Of a stretch of 64,000 nucleotides of DNA, positions 11,190 through 23,007 are shown piece after piece (position 1 is the stretch's first letter; each line of letters begins with the position of its first letter). Position numbers and translations under genes: made by a program. A model generated the notes under the pieces. The model had not been told where the DNA came from, made no database searches, and was given only the letters and a program-made list of their open reading frames with translations. Source of the stretch: Auanema rhodensis (lineage: Eukaryota; Animalia; Nematoda); NCBI GenBank assembly GCA_964057225.1, contig OZ059894.1:11594001-11658000 (forward strand), read 5' to 3'.

Positions 11190-11451
11190 TAGTTTAGATC
11201 TTAGCCGCTTTAAGTCCCGCGTGGCAGGTGAGATACAGCTCAAACCAAGCGTGTTTGAGCAAAAAACATACTTAATAGAAATCGTGGCAACCATTAGTCC
11301 ACGTCAAGTCACACCAAAAAGACTTGAACCATAAGCAAACTCTGCAGACAGAAACAGAGATTCACTATCACATATACTGTGATCACCAAACAAACAAAAA
11401 AAAAGAGAAAGTAAAAGGAATATAAGCATTATTCCTACATCTACGACAAAA

Positions 11452-14400
11452 ATGTCACTCCTTTTTGTCAATCATATCAAACAGTCTAACCAGTTTCTCG
11501 GAGAATTACTTACACGATACGAGATGGAAGTGAAGGACCTTCCTGGTATTCTGGTAGATTGCGACTTCCACACTGAGGAAGAAGAGGAAACCCTCTCTTG
11601 CCTTATCATTCGCTGGACAAAAGTCCAACACCAATTCAAAGAATCGTTGAAAAATCATCAAGATAACGAGAAAAAATTCCAAAAATTTTACGAAGCATCA
11701 GACAAAACGCTTCGTAAAGCATTAGACGAACAGTACATCGCCTTCACATCCGATGAAGACTTTGAACCCAACATTAAAAAGGTTCAAAACGCCATTATTG
11801 AGCTTGACGAACACATCATGAAAGCCGAACGCATACTTAGAAAGCTGAGAAAAACGCTTCATAAGAATGAATCTGAGCACAACAGCAATCGCTCAACAGA
11901 AAACAATGAAACAGAAAACAAATCGAATGATCAATTTCTGGAAATTATCAAGTCATTCCTACACATCCAACAAACTAGTATCCAAAAACCAGCGATGTCG
12001 CTACCTACATTTGATGGCAAACCAGAGAACTTCAAATCATTCTGGGGCCGTTTTGATAGACTTGTTCATGATAATGAACAGTTTACAACCTTAGAAAAGG
12101 TAAACCTACTCTGTGAAAGCCTCAAAGGCGATTCACAAATAGCAATCAGAGGAATAGAACCCTCTGCTCAAAATTATGAGCTTATGCGTGAAGCATTAGT
12201 TTCTGAATTTGGAGACTATTCGTCGGATATCAACTCTCTTTTGACACAACTACGTAATTTGAAATTTGCAAGCAATAATGCAAAAGCATGCAAAGAAACA
12301 TTTGGAGAAACCAAGGCACTTATCAGGCAAATTGAAGCAGCCGGAGCTACAGTATCCCGCGAAATGTGTACCGCGATGATTCTCAACAAATTCCCATACC
12401 ACATCGTGGAAGACATTCTAATTCATCCAAACAACTACCATTCTACTAAAGAAATGCTGACAGCTGTAGACCACAAAATCTATTCCTTTTTTCTAAAAGA
12501 ACAAACAAGAAATAGTCATGAACAAAAGTTTCGAAATCACAAAGACAATGTCACATCTGTTTCACATAAAGAAAACTCCGTAGAACAACGGAAAACCCAA
12601 ACTTGGCCATGTGTCTTTTGCGACTCATCCGAGCATCGTTTTTATCAATGCACCACATTTGAAACACCAGAGAAAAGAAGGTACCGCATTCGCGGAAAGG
12701 CCATCTGTTGGATTTGCTTTTCCGATAAACACAAAAGTTCGGAATGCAGAAAACAAAAATGTCGCAATTGCCAAGGAGATCATAATTCCGCCTTGTGCTC
12801 ACAAGGAAGAAAAAGTGTACAAAATATCCAAAAAGATAAAGAAACTCCCACAATTAAAAAAGATCAGGCTTTACTGATCACCACAGAAGAATTATTGAAT
12901 AAAAAAACAACAGAATATAAACAAGAATCTGACACTAATAATCGAATCCCTACTGAGGCACTTAATGCACCAGTATCACTTAATCACATTGCTGACACAC
13001 ATAATATTGAAGAAAGTCAAGTAATATTACGAACAGCAATGGCGAACATATACAACCACAATAGTAAAAAATATGAGCAAGTACGCATGCTCATAGATGA
13101 AGGATCCATGAGATCTTTTATATCCAAGGACCTATCTACAAGATTAGGACTGCCCATTCTTGGTTCTCAGAAGAGAACCTTTTACGGCATTGGAGCATTA
13201 TCAGAAACACATGAAGTTGAAGATGTTAAGGTAATTATTGGAACCTCAACTGGATCCCTTATCGTAACAAAACTGTTCACAAAACCCATGTTAACCACAC
13301 CTATACGGTGTCCTAAACTATCTAATGAAGACTTAAAATTCATACAAAGAAGAAAAATTAAATTAGCCAATCCAAAAACAAACGGAGAATCATTTACTCC
13401 GGATATACTGATAGGTATGGATAGATACAAACTATTCATGCACTTAAACGAAGAAACCGAACTCCCCTCACGTATGAGATTGAAAAACTCGGTATTCGGC
13501 CACATGATACATGGGGAAGCTCCTCTTCCCGATGATAATACACAACAAGAAGTAATATTATGCTCTACATTAGAAGAGATAACAAAAGAAACCTCTCATA
13601 AAGAACTCCTCACTAATCTGTTTGAACTGGATTCTATCGGCATCAATACAGAAAATGCCAACGCAGACCGCACTATTGATTACTATGAAGAATACTCAAA
13701 AGATATAAAAATTGAGAACAACCGTATTATTGCACCGTTCCCGTTAAAAAATAACTTCAAAAATCTCAAAAACAACAAAATGCCCGCGTACCATAGATTC
13801 GTATCCCTATGGCGAAAGTTACTGCACAATCCAGAAATGCTCTCACACTATACTACAACCATTGAAAGTTACCTCAAAGATAACATTGTCGAACAAATTC
13901 CCAACAATCACCAGGAGCCTTTAGAGTTTTATATGCCCCACCATGGGGTTTGGAAGCCCAGCAAGGCTAACCCTCTCAGAATCGTTTTTGACGCCTCCGC
14001 TAAACAGAAGGATAGCCCATCGTTGAATGAGATAATACACACAGGACGATCATTTATCACATATATACACGACATCATGATCTCCTGCAGAACAAGACCA
14101 ATAATAATAACATGCGATATTAAAGCCGCATTTCTACAAGTACAATTGACAGAAAATCACAAGAATTTATGCAAATTCTTTTGGATAAAAAACAAAGAAT
14201 ACCCAATATCACACAATAATATCATAACCCTTCGATTCAACAGATTACCATTCGGTATCACTGCATCCCCCAGCGTATTGAACATGGGCATAAAATGGTT
14301 CTTAGAATCAAAAGTAGACAACCCATTAGCTATGGAAATCCTGCACAACTTATACGTCGACAATATCATTCTTACAGCAAATACAACCGAAGAAGCTATA

Positions 14401-17400
14401 AAGAAATGTAAAGAAACCCAAACACTATTCTCAGAAATAAACATGCATGTTCGCGAATTCTTGTCAAACGATGAACAAGTAATACAGAACCTTCCTGAAG
14501 AAGACAGATATCCGAACATGACAACCAAAATACTTGGCATATCTTTTAATAAAGAACACGACTCCTTCATTATCCCAATAAAAATAACAACGACTCACAC
14601 AAGTTACACCAAGAGAATTCTACTCAGTCAGTTACATTCAATATTTGATCCCATTGGATTATCAGCACCAATACTGTTACCCCTCAAACTTATCTTGCGA
14701 GAAATCATTAGCACAAAATTATCATGGGACCAACCCATTGACTCACACAGTATCAAGCAATGGGAACAACATATTACTCAGATTAACAATAAGCAATTAA
14801 CCATGAACAGATATTTTAAGTTTTCTGAACATGAAACACAGTTATGGGTCTTCGCTGACGCAAGCAACCAAGCAATGGCCGCTTGTTCATATTTCCAAAC
14901 AAATGGGAATATTAGTTCTCTGCTAAACGGGAAATCACGCATAGCACCCAAAAATAAAACTACAATTCCACGATTAGAGTTACTAGCCATTCGTTTAGCT
15001 GTACGAATGGCATTATCTATCGTCACCATATGTCCGAAAATAGCGAAAGTTAACATTGTGAGCGATAGCAACATCGCACTATCATGGATTGTCTCACAAA
15101 AATCTCTCCCACTGTTCATTAATAATCAAACAAATACTATAAAGAAACAGCTCAAGCAAATCGAACAAATATGTTGCAATATAGAACTATATCACGTACA
15201 AACCTCGTTCAACACAGCAGACATCGGATCTCGAGGTGCAGACATGGAAAAACTACAAGTTTCCGACTGGATTGAAGGCCCACATTGGTTAACTAAACTT
15301 TCCGTGCATAACCCTCTGACATCACTCGGCTCACCTAACAACTCGAGCAGGAATAACGCAGAATTAAAATCGGAGCATCACAATGTTGTCCACATAATCA
15401 TAGACAATCCTCCAACCCATGATATTTGGAACATTCGTGAAAACTATGATGACGTGATCAAAACAATGACAACCGTAGGGAAATTATTCAAGAAATGGTT
15501 TTTCACAGTCCATCCTAACGACGCCAACAAGTTGCAAAAAATAAAACATCTCACATCAACAGACACGCACACTGTTGAAGACATCAACATTATTGAAAAA
15601 ATTTTGATCAGTAACAGTCAATCTAATATGAGCCTTGATGACTTACAGCAAAGACATATAAATCTAAAATTCTTCAAAGATACATGGGATATTTATCGCG
15701 TAAGAAGCCGTTTACAAAATACTCTTCTTCCCGAAGAGACGAAAAACCCTATATTCCTTCTTAAAACAAACCCCATAGTTAAAAAACTGATCAACAAAAT
15801 ACACAAAGACAATAATCATCAAGGCAAACATTTCACGCTTATTCAACTCAGACAAAAGTTCTATATACCAAAAATAACCGGAGTCATTAAGCAAACATTG
15901 AAAAACTGTGTGACATGTAAAAGATTTCAATCACACCCTTATGAATTACCAGATATGCCATCGCTACCAAAAGATAGAACGATTCTTACAAGAGCATTCT
16001 TTTCAACAGGGTGTGATCTTATGGGCCCCTTCACCCTTCGAAATGGGTCTAAAGTCCATATCTGTCTGTTTACATGCATGACAACTAGAGCAATTCACTT
16101 AGAGGTAGTCACCAATCAATCCACAGTTGCTTTTATGAATGCATTCACTAGATTTATATCACGCAGAGGTACTCCAGAAATTATGCGTAGTGACTGCGCA
16201 GGAAACTTTATATTGAGCTCAAAAATATTAGAAACCCTTGAAAAAACATCGGATTACAACGAAAGAAGCTTACTAAACACACTAGCACAACAAAAAATTA
16301 AATGGATATACAACACTCCATTATCACCCTGGAAAGGTGGATGTTGGGAACGTTTAGTAGGTGTAACCAAAGCTTCACTCAAAAAATGTTTCATTCCTAG
16401 TCGAATGTCCCTGGATGACTTACACACAGCCATTGTAAAAATAGAAGCTATAATTAATACACGCCCACTCACCCATCCACACCCAGATAATTTAGATACT
16501 CTACCCATAAGGCCAATTGACTTTTTAACATCAGCCATAAAGTTTTCATTACCTGAAAACAACGCGGATACTCATATATTTGATATCCATAGCGATATTC
16601 AAACGATTCAATCAACAGAGCAAGCGCTAGAAGCGCTTCAATTATCAGAAGACTCAGCATCTAAATTTTGGAAACGATTTCAAGAAGAATATCTAACATG
16701 CTTAAAAGATATATTTAAGCATAAACACCATAGAAAGAATCACACAAACATCTTCCCCCAACCAGATGAAATAGTATTGATACAAAACGACATGTTGCCA
16801 CGAGGAACATGGAAACTAGGTCGCATCATTGAAACAATCACTAGTTCAGATGGCAACATACGTTCAGCAAAAGTTGCAACAAGCAACGGAAACATAATTA
16901 TTCGATCCATCAATCAGCTCTATCCACTAGAGATAAGATGCAACACTAACAGCAACAAAATCATAGAAGACAACTCACACATAGTTCAAGAAAATAATAG
17001 CTCAACAGATAGAACCCCACATACTGATATTGTATTAGACAATATACTTTTCGATCATCCTATAGAACATACAGATCAAACAATACATGAGAATAAAGAC
17101 ATAAATGATGTTAGCCATAATTACGATATTGCATATGAATCAGATAACTCTCAACATGATAATACATACACTCCAGAAACAGAGAATAATGAGGATGCAA
17201 CAAATGATCGACCTCAAAATAAGACAAAACAATCATCAGTAAAAACAGCAAAACATACAGAACAAGATGATGTCACTGAGAAGGAAATTATAAAAGCCTT
17301 CCCACTAAAAATGTCCTATGCTACACACCAAAGAAAAAATAAAATAAACCCAAAAGTAGCAGCTGACATAATGAAAGCGCTTTCCTTACCGATTATAATA

Positions 17401-19383
17401 ACTTCGACATATGCCGAAGAAATCAATAGTTGCAAGGACTCTAACATGTTCACCACAAAACTTATAGCGAATCCTCATTGCTCCCCAGAAATGGCAACAT
17501 GGACAGTGATAATAACCATTATGGCCGTTACCCTCATAGTCTCTTGTCTATGCCGCATGGGTTACAGCCAATATAGATATAAGACATGGTCCAGAAACAC
17601 TCAAATTATGCTCAACACCATGAAATCAAAACACAAAACAATCTCCGTACAAGAAGATCATGAAACTGATCAAAAAATAACAGAAAATCACAATGATACG
17701 TTGCAATTAAAACAAACGAACACACAAGACGTTAATATTGTGGATCATGAAACCTCTCAAAAGCATATTTACCCTATTTTAAACCATACAAGAAGGCCAC
17801 CAAAATTCTCTCTTTTTACTAGAGGGTCGCAATCATCTTTACCATCGTTACTGGCAATCATCTTGGCTTTCTGTATTGGAAGCTGCAGCTCTTGCTCCGA
17901 TGTCCATGTTCAACATTTCGTTAACATAAGATGCGATGAAAACCTAGTCTGTTATCACGAATACAGTCAAGATATAATATTCTCTCCCGGAACAAAACAG
18001 TTATGTATCAACATAATACACTCTAATCATGAAATCGGTCAATTCAAAATAACGAAATTATATACTGAACATGTCTGCCGAAAGAATATTAGATACTTCA
18101 CTAGACAGACAACAGTTAACATACTGAGTATATTACGATGCCGTCACCGAGGCTCCTGTAACGGAACATGTGAAACTAACTCGCTTTATAATAAAATCAA
18201 AGAACTACAACCATACACCTTTCCTTCACAATCCGGTTGTTTTACATCGTCGGCGAGATTTTACACATGTCCTATGATTTGGACAGATCCATGTCTTTTC
18301 TACAAAATAGAGCATATACCCATCACAGAAGAAGTATACGAAGTCTATACTTGTGATAGTTGGTTCACCCAAACTGTATTCAATATAGAAACAACACTAC
18401 TCCAGCAGAAAAACAATTACAATATCACTCTACAACCTTACACAAAAAATCGTGAACAACTTTTCAATATAACAACGTTATCACAATCACAACCTCCTCC
18501 AGAAATGTACACAAAATTATTTTTTTCCTCGAAAGAAAACACGTACATTACGGATATACATACAAAGGGAATAGTTCAATGTGCAACAGAGGAAGCCGCA
18601 TTAAAACATTTCAACAATTGTACAGTATCCTCATTTTGCCCATGCACATTTAACAGATTTGATGAAATAAAATGTAGGTGTGATACCCCTACTTTTGAAA
18701 AAATGTCCAATACATCAGACATGAGATCTCCTAACCGAAACTTCAAAACTAAAGATAACACGTTATCATTCTCTACAAATTTAGACGAAAGTTTTGTTAC
18801 GGTCGATTCATCTCTATTCTTAAACTCAGTCATTTTTTCCAACAATCTGCCTTGTGCACCTGCCCTCACAAAACTATCAGGTTGCTACTCCTGCGGGCAG
18901 GGTGCGTTCGCAGAGTTCCAATGCCTTACGGCAGAAGAAACATGGATTTCTATCGAATGTCAAAGAGAAGTATTTATGATAAAATGTTCTCCAAAAGTAG
19001 CAATCACGGAAGTAACAATCAAAAGAGAAAATTCTCAAATTGATGAATTCTGCTATACCACATGCGACAATAAAAAAATTGAGATCATTATTAAGGGAAC
19101 ATTACACCACATAGCAAGCATAGATGAAATAAACGAAAGTGACTCAAAAGAGGGTACAGAATCCAAATCCATTGACTTTGCTCCAATCTTCAAACTAATC
19201 CTATCAAAGTTGGGAATCATACTGATAGGCATTGTCATTACCGCTACTATAGGATATGTAGCATGCACGCCAATGATATACTTTGTATTGTTAAATACAG
19301 TATTAGCCATACAATGGATGGCCAAAAGGATGATTGCAATATACAGAAATTTCACAGCCTCACTTCGAGATCAGAGATTTTAA
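11452..19383 (+). CDS. Gag-Pol-Env polyprotein, 2643 aa
   Basis: LPTFDG Gag motif, three Cys/His knuckles, protease LIDEGS, RT DIKAAF and YVDN, RNase H FADAS, integrase HHCC with DLMGP/SDCAGNF/WERLVG, then hydrophobic segments and a Cys-rich Gc-like ectodomain (GCYSCGQGA) with C-terminal TM. Confidence 0.95.
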   Translation: MSLLFVNHIKQSNQFLGELLTRYEMEVKDLPGILVDCDFHTEEEEETLSCLIIRWTKVQHQFKESLKNHQDNEKKFQKFYEASDKTLRKALDEQYIAFTSDEDFEPNIKKVQNAIIELDEHIMKAERILRKLRKTLHKNESEHNSNRSTENNETENKSNDQFLEIIKSFLHIQQTSIQKPAMSLPTFDGKPENFKSFWGRFDRLVHDNEQFTTLEKVNLLCESLKGDSQIAIRGIEPSAQNYELMREALVSEFGDYSSDINSLLTQLRNLKFASNNAKACKETFGETKALIRQIEAAGATVSREMCTAMILNKFPYHIVEDILIHPNNYHSTKEMLTAVDHKIYSFFLKEQTRNSHEQKFRNHKDNVTSVSHKENSVEQRKTQTWPCVFCDSSEHRFYQCTTFETPEKRRYRIRGKAICWICFSDKHKSSECRKQKCRNCQGDHNSALCSQGRKSVQNIQKDKETPTIKKDQALLITTEELLNKKTTEYKQESDTNNRIPTEALNAPVSLNHIADTHNIEESQVILRTAMANIYNHNSKKYEQVRMLIDEGSMRSFISKDLSTRLGLPILGSQKRTFYGIGALSETHEVEDVKVIIGTSTGSLIVTKLFTKPMLTTPIRCPKLSNEDLKFIQRRKIKLANPKTNGESFTPDILIGMDRYKLFMHLNEETELPSRMRLKNSVFGHMIHGEAPLPDDNTQQEVILCSTLEEITKETSHKELLTNLFELDSIGINTENANADRTIDYYEEYSKDIKIENNRIIAPFPLKNNFKNLKNNKMPAYHRFVSLWRKLLHNPEMLSHYTTTIESYLKDNIVEQIPNNHQEPLEFYMPHHGVWKPSKANPLRIVFDASAKQKDSPSLNEIIHTGRSFITYIHDIMISCRTRPIIITCDIKAAFLQVQLTENHKNLCKFFWIKNKEYPISHNNIITLRFNRLPFGITASPSVLNMGIKWFLESKVDNPLAMEILHNLYVDNIILTANTTEEAIKKCKETQTLFSEINMHVREFLSNDEQVIQNLPEEDRYPNMTTKILGISFNKEHDSFIIPIKITTTHTSYTKRILLSQLHSIFDPIGLSAPILLPLKLILREIISTKLSWDQPIDSHSIKQWEQHITQINNKQLTMNRYFKFSEHETQLWVFADASNQAMAACSYFQTNGNISSLLNGKSRIAPKNKTTIPRLELLAIRLAVRMALSIVTICPKIAKVNIVSDSNIALSWIVSQKSLPLFINNQTNTIKKQLKQIEQICCNIELYHVQTSFNTADIGSRGADMEKLQVSDWIEGPHWLTKLSVHNPLTSLGSPNNSSRNNAELKSEHHNVVHIIIDNPPTHDIWNIRENYDDVIKTMTTVGKLFKKWFFTVHPNDANKLQKIKHLTSTDTHTVEDINIIEKILISNSQSNMSLDDLQQRHINLKFFKDTWDIYRVRSRLQNTLLPEETKNPIFLLKTNPIVKKLINKIHKDNNHQGKHFTLIQLRQKFYIPKITGVIKQTLKNCVTCKRFQSHPYELPDMPSLPKDRTILTRAFFSTGCDLMGPFTLRNGSKVHICLFTCMTTRAIHLEVVTNQSTVAFMNAFTRFISRRGTPEIMRSDCAGNFILSSKILETLEKTSDYNERSLLNTLAQQKIKWIYNTPLSPWKGGCWERLVGVTKASLKKCFIPSRMSLDDLHTAIVKIEAIINTRPLTHPHPDNLDTLPIRPIDFLTSAIKFSLPENNADTHIFDIHSDIQTIQSTEQALEALQLSEDSASKFWKRFQEEYLTCLKDIFKHKHHRKNHTNIFPQPDEIVLIQNDMLPRGTWKLGRIIETITSSDGNIRSAKVATSNGNIIIRSINQLYPLEIRCNTNSNKIIEDNSHIVQENNSSTDRTPHTDIVLDNILFDHPIEHTDQTIHENKDINDVSHNYDIAYESDNSQHDNTYTPETENNEDATNDRPQNKTKQSSVKTAKHTEQDDVTEKEIIKAFPLKMSYATHQRKNKINPKVAADIMKALSLPIIITSTYAEEINSCKDSNMFTTKLIANPHCSPEMATWTVIITIMAVTLIVSCLCRMGYSQYRYKTWSRNTQIMLNTMKSKHKTISVQEDHETDQKITENHNDTLQLKQTNTQDVNIVDHETSQKHIYPILNHTRRPPKFSLFTRGSQSSLPSLLAIILAFCIGSCSSCSDVHVQHFVNIRCDENLVCYHEYSQDIIFSPGTKQLCINIIHSNHEIGQFKITKLYTEHVCRKNIRYFTRQTTVNILSILRCRHRGSCNGTCETNSLYNKIKELQPYTFPSQSGCFTSSARFYTCPMIWTDPCLFYKIEHIPITEEVYEVYTCDSWFTQTVFNIETTLLQQKNNYNITLQPYTKNREQLFNITTLSQSQPPPEMYTKLFFSSKENTYITDIHTKGIVQCATEEAALKHFNNCTVSSFCPCTFNRFDEIKCRCDTPTFEKMSNTSDMRSPNRNFKTKDNTLSFSTNLDESFVTVDSSLFLNSVIFSNNLPCAPALTKLSGCYSCGQGAFAEFQCLTAEETWISIECQREVFMIKCSPKVAITEVTIKRENSQIDEFCYTTCDNKKIEIIIKGTLHHIASIDEINESDSKEGTESKSIDFAPIFKLILSKLGIILIGIVITATIGYVACTPMIYFVLLNTVLAIQWMAKRMIAIYRNFTASLRDQRF

Positions 19384-19698
19384 TAAAGAAGATATAAAAG
19401 GTAGAATAAACAAAAGCAAAGTATAAACTAAAATTCACATAAATAAAATAAACCAAGGAGAGAAGAGAAGGGATTAATTTCTGAAATAATAAAGTAACAC
19501 GAATCTGCTAGTTTTACTTAAGATATCTAATCTGTAGTATTGAATTACATAATAACTCGTTAACAGACGTTTAATGGATAATATCAAAAACAGAAGGATA
19601 TCATATTAATCTCTGAATGACGTAATAGACACATATCATAGACCAGACGTCAACCAGTATATAAGGTGGCAAAACAAGTTTGCCTCAACTCAGTAGTA

Positions 19699-20160
19699 AT
19701 GGAGGATATAACGTCTAACTTAGTTGAGAACACTTCCTTCGAGGAAGATCTCAAAAAGTATTCGCATCTACCCAATACTACTGCAAGCCTGAGACAGCTA
19801 ATGGTCCTTGAAAAAAGGTTCTATGACAACCTGGCCAGCGCTGTGAACCACCTATCCGAGAGGCTGGACAACATTAACCACTCTCTGAATTTGAAACTGG
19901 ACAACCTAGCCGTCCAAACCGCGCCTAAGGCCTCCTGCATCTTTTGCAGCAAACCGACCGCTGATGGTCACCGAACCGCAGCTTGCCCAATATATCCCTC
20001 GTCTCCAGAGCGGACTCTACGTCTACATGAATTGGGACTATGTATCAGATGCTTGAACCCGAAACATCCGGACACATGCGAGGTATCTTGTTATAGATGC
20101 AAAGCAGAGACCCACCATGGAGTTGTGTGTGGGGAGACCAAACGTAAAAGACCCATGTAG
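19699..20160 (+). CDS. Accessory 3' ORF or exon: predicted coiled-coil plus three Gag-like Cys/His knuckles
   Basis: CIFC..HRTAAC, CIRC..HPDTC, CYRC..HHGVVC; first ATG 19699, frame open from 19666. Confidence 0.75.
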   Translation: MEDITSNLVENTSFEEDLKKYSHLPNTTASLRQLMVLEKRFYDNLASAVNHLSERLDNINHSLNLKLDNLAVQTAPKASCIFCSKPTADGHRTAACPIYPSSPERTLRLHELGLCIRCLNPKHPDTCEVSCYRCKAETHHGVVCGETKRKRPM

Positions 20161-20182
20161 GTCTTTACACTCTTGCCGGGAG

Positions 20183-20268
20183 TGTCGCGATAAGCGAGTA
20201 GGTTTTGTTTTTGTTATCTCTATCTCTCTCTCTATATATATATACCTCTCTCTATCTCTATCTCTCTA

Positions 20269-20319
<51 letters not shown>

Positions 20320-20582
20320 ATCTATCTCTATCTCTCTTTATCTCCTTCCTTTGTAATTAGATCAAAACACATATGCATAACATATGTGTTAACATGTGGC
20401 ATAAGTAACAGTTTATTTCAGACGACCGCCCAACAACGGAGGACAGTCTTACATTTTTTAACGTTCGCAGTCAGTGATTCTATTCCGTGCTTGTCTTGTT
20501 AATTCATCAATAAACCCTTTTCTACATATTCGCTTTGTGTTTTATTTCCAACCATACTATACACTTGCGGTATAACGCCACA
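20183..20582 (+). repeat. 3' LTR (400 bp)
   Basis: Matches the 5' LTR apart from 6 extra nt in (CT)n. Confidence 0.96.
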
Positions 20583-20669
20583 ACGACCACAAAGAAAACA
20601 ACAGGAACAGTAACAATAACAAAAAAAATTTTTTTTTCACCTATGTGTCTAAAGGTTAGCCATGTATCC

Positions 20670-20751
<82 letters not shown>

Positions 20752-21930
20752 ACAGTAAAAAGTCCAATCAAGAGAGAAATTTTTTCAACACATAGTTGTT
20801 TTTTTTTTAAATATCATTGTTTTTCCTCATAACTCGGTTTAAACTCGTTCTAACCCGTTGAAATACGTCTAGAAAGTCTTTATAACATGCATATGTATGA
20901 TAGAACTTCATATTTATTGTAATAGAAAATTTTATTTTCAGACGTCTTGGTTAACAATGATATGTTTTACCCCCTTATAATTTTTATCATAATGTTCCTT
21001 ATACGGAACGCTCAATGAAACTTGCTTCCAGAAAAATTTCTTTCTATTTTTTCTTCATATGTACGTAGATACTATAGAGAACTATGATAGAAAACTTTAA
21101 CATTCACGAAATCATCATTTCTCATTACGCTACGGAGGTTTAAAAAGCTGTGTTTTACCTTATAATAGACCGGAAAACCCTTGTGTTAAAACTGGACCGT
21201 TTTTACACATATAAAAATGTCCCGTATTCGGGACCCTAATGTAACTTTTGATTCCCTATATTTTTTTTCATGAAATTTACAATCTACTGTAGAAAGAAGA
21301 ATTATTTTTATAAAAACTGTAAATTTTTGAAAAATGAAAACAAAACGAAAACAAAAACAACTTTTTTTTGAACATTTTCTCACACAAGGGTCCCCCCTTA
21401 CCTACTTTTTTTCTCATTACTCGTTTCAACCTCATCCGATCACTCTGCAAACATGTTTAATCGTTCTAACTTGTTGAAATACGTCTTAAAAGTCTAAACA
21501 ACATGCATATGCATAATAGAAACCACCCGAATAGGCCCCCACGCACTAAACGAGATATATACATTACCAGTATAGTAATAGAACACATATTGAAGATTAA
21601 TTCGATAAGAACAATTTATTGACGTAGAGAATGTTTGTTCCGAAAAACTACAATATTAAACTATAAAAGTAACAAAAGCGTAGAGGCAGCAAAGACATGA
21701 ATAAACATAAATGTAAATACAGAATTACCAGGTAGTACATAAGTATGACAAAAAATTATAAGAAAGCCATGAAAATAGAAGGTTTGTGAACAAATGAGAG
21801 GTACATCTTTGATCGTATAGTCATTTCTAAACCGTTCGTATGCTGCAGCATCGTCATAAGCGTCACTCAAGTTGAATTTCCATGTGTACTACACGATTTT
21901 CATTCTTATTGTTACATTCTTTCCCTGAGG

Positions 21931-22117
21931 GAATGGGCCGTTCCCGCCAGCAGTGCAAGAGCGGGTCGACCCGTGAGGTGGAGCTAGCAAGCCAGCATCT
22001 ACCTCAAGTCTCAAAAATCGGTTAACCTTATTGTGAACCAATGGAACACATATCGAAGGTTAATTCGATAAGAACGATTACTACACTTTGATCTTAGCCA
22101 AAAGGCCGAGAAGCGAT
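21931..22117 (-). ncRNA. U2: U2 snRNA
   Basis: Array copy. Confidence 0.95.
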
Positions 22118-22559
22118 ACAGCATAGCCATGAGTATCAAAGACATCAAGCAAATGTATCGTACTTGTTACGAGTGCACTCTCTCATTTGAATATAAAAGT
22201 GTGGTTTGACAATCTTGACTGTACAGGTCATAAATGGCTCATATAAACTGTGGATTTACTCAACTTTTGGACTTATTTTTTTCTTATTCGAAGCGCTGCA
22301 CTTTTTTCTATTCTTTTTATTCAAATACTTGTATATAGTTTTATATGTACGGTTGCAAAGTTTCCGAATATTTTATATATTTTTATACAATAATTAGGAG
22401 AAGGTTAATACAATGAAATCTCCCAACTTTACAGTGTTTGTATTGCTTACAGTATCTAGAACAACCACTCTTGTAATATTAGAGCACATATCAATCAACA
22501 ACTTTTTCTAGTTATCAAAGCTTTTTTATTTCTTCAAGATATTTCAAATAAAATATAAA

Positions 22560-22678
22560 AGCTTACGACACCCGGGATTCCCAAGCCGTCTCCGATCCAA
22601 GTACTAACCGGGCCCAACGTTGCTTGACTTGCCAGATCGGACGGGATGGCGTACTTTCAACGTGGTATGGTCGTAAGC
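22560..22678 (-). rRNA. 5S rRNA
   Basis: Array copy. Confidence 0.96.
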
Positions 22679-22919
22679 AATGTTATATTCTTCATTATCA
22701 GTTATATCACTCTAAATCTTGTTGTTAATAGTTAGGACCACAAAGAAAACAACAGGAACAGTAACAAATGAAATGCCCAAACTTTACAGTGTTCGAGTTA
22801 TTTACAGTATCTAAGACTACCTCTGTCGTGTTATTAGAGCAAACATTCGATTAACAACAACTTTTTTTTAGTTATCAAAGCTTTTTTATTTCTTCAAAAA
22901 ATTTCAAATAAAATATAAA

Positions 22920-23007
22920 AGCTTACGACACCCGGGATTCCCAAGCCGTCTCCGATCCAAGTACTAACCGGGCCCAACGTTGCTTGACTTGCCAGATCGG
23001 ACGGGAT
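22920..23007 (-). pseudogene. 5S rRNA 3' part (nt 32-119), interrupted by MULE
   Basis: 5S sequence stops at the TIR; remainder at 25650-25689. Confidence 0.93.

Larger units (their letters stand above)
10781..20582 (+). mobile_element. Full-length BEL/Pao LTR retrotransposon with env-like region
   Basis: TG...CA LTRs, 5-bp TSD ACGAC (10776-10780 and 20583-20587), PBS, single Gag-Pol-Env ORF. Confidence 0.96.
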
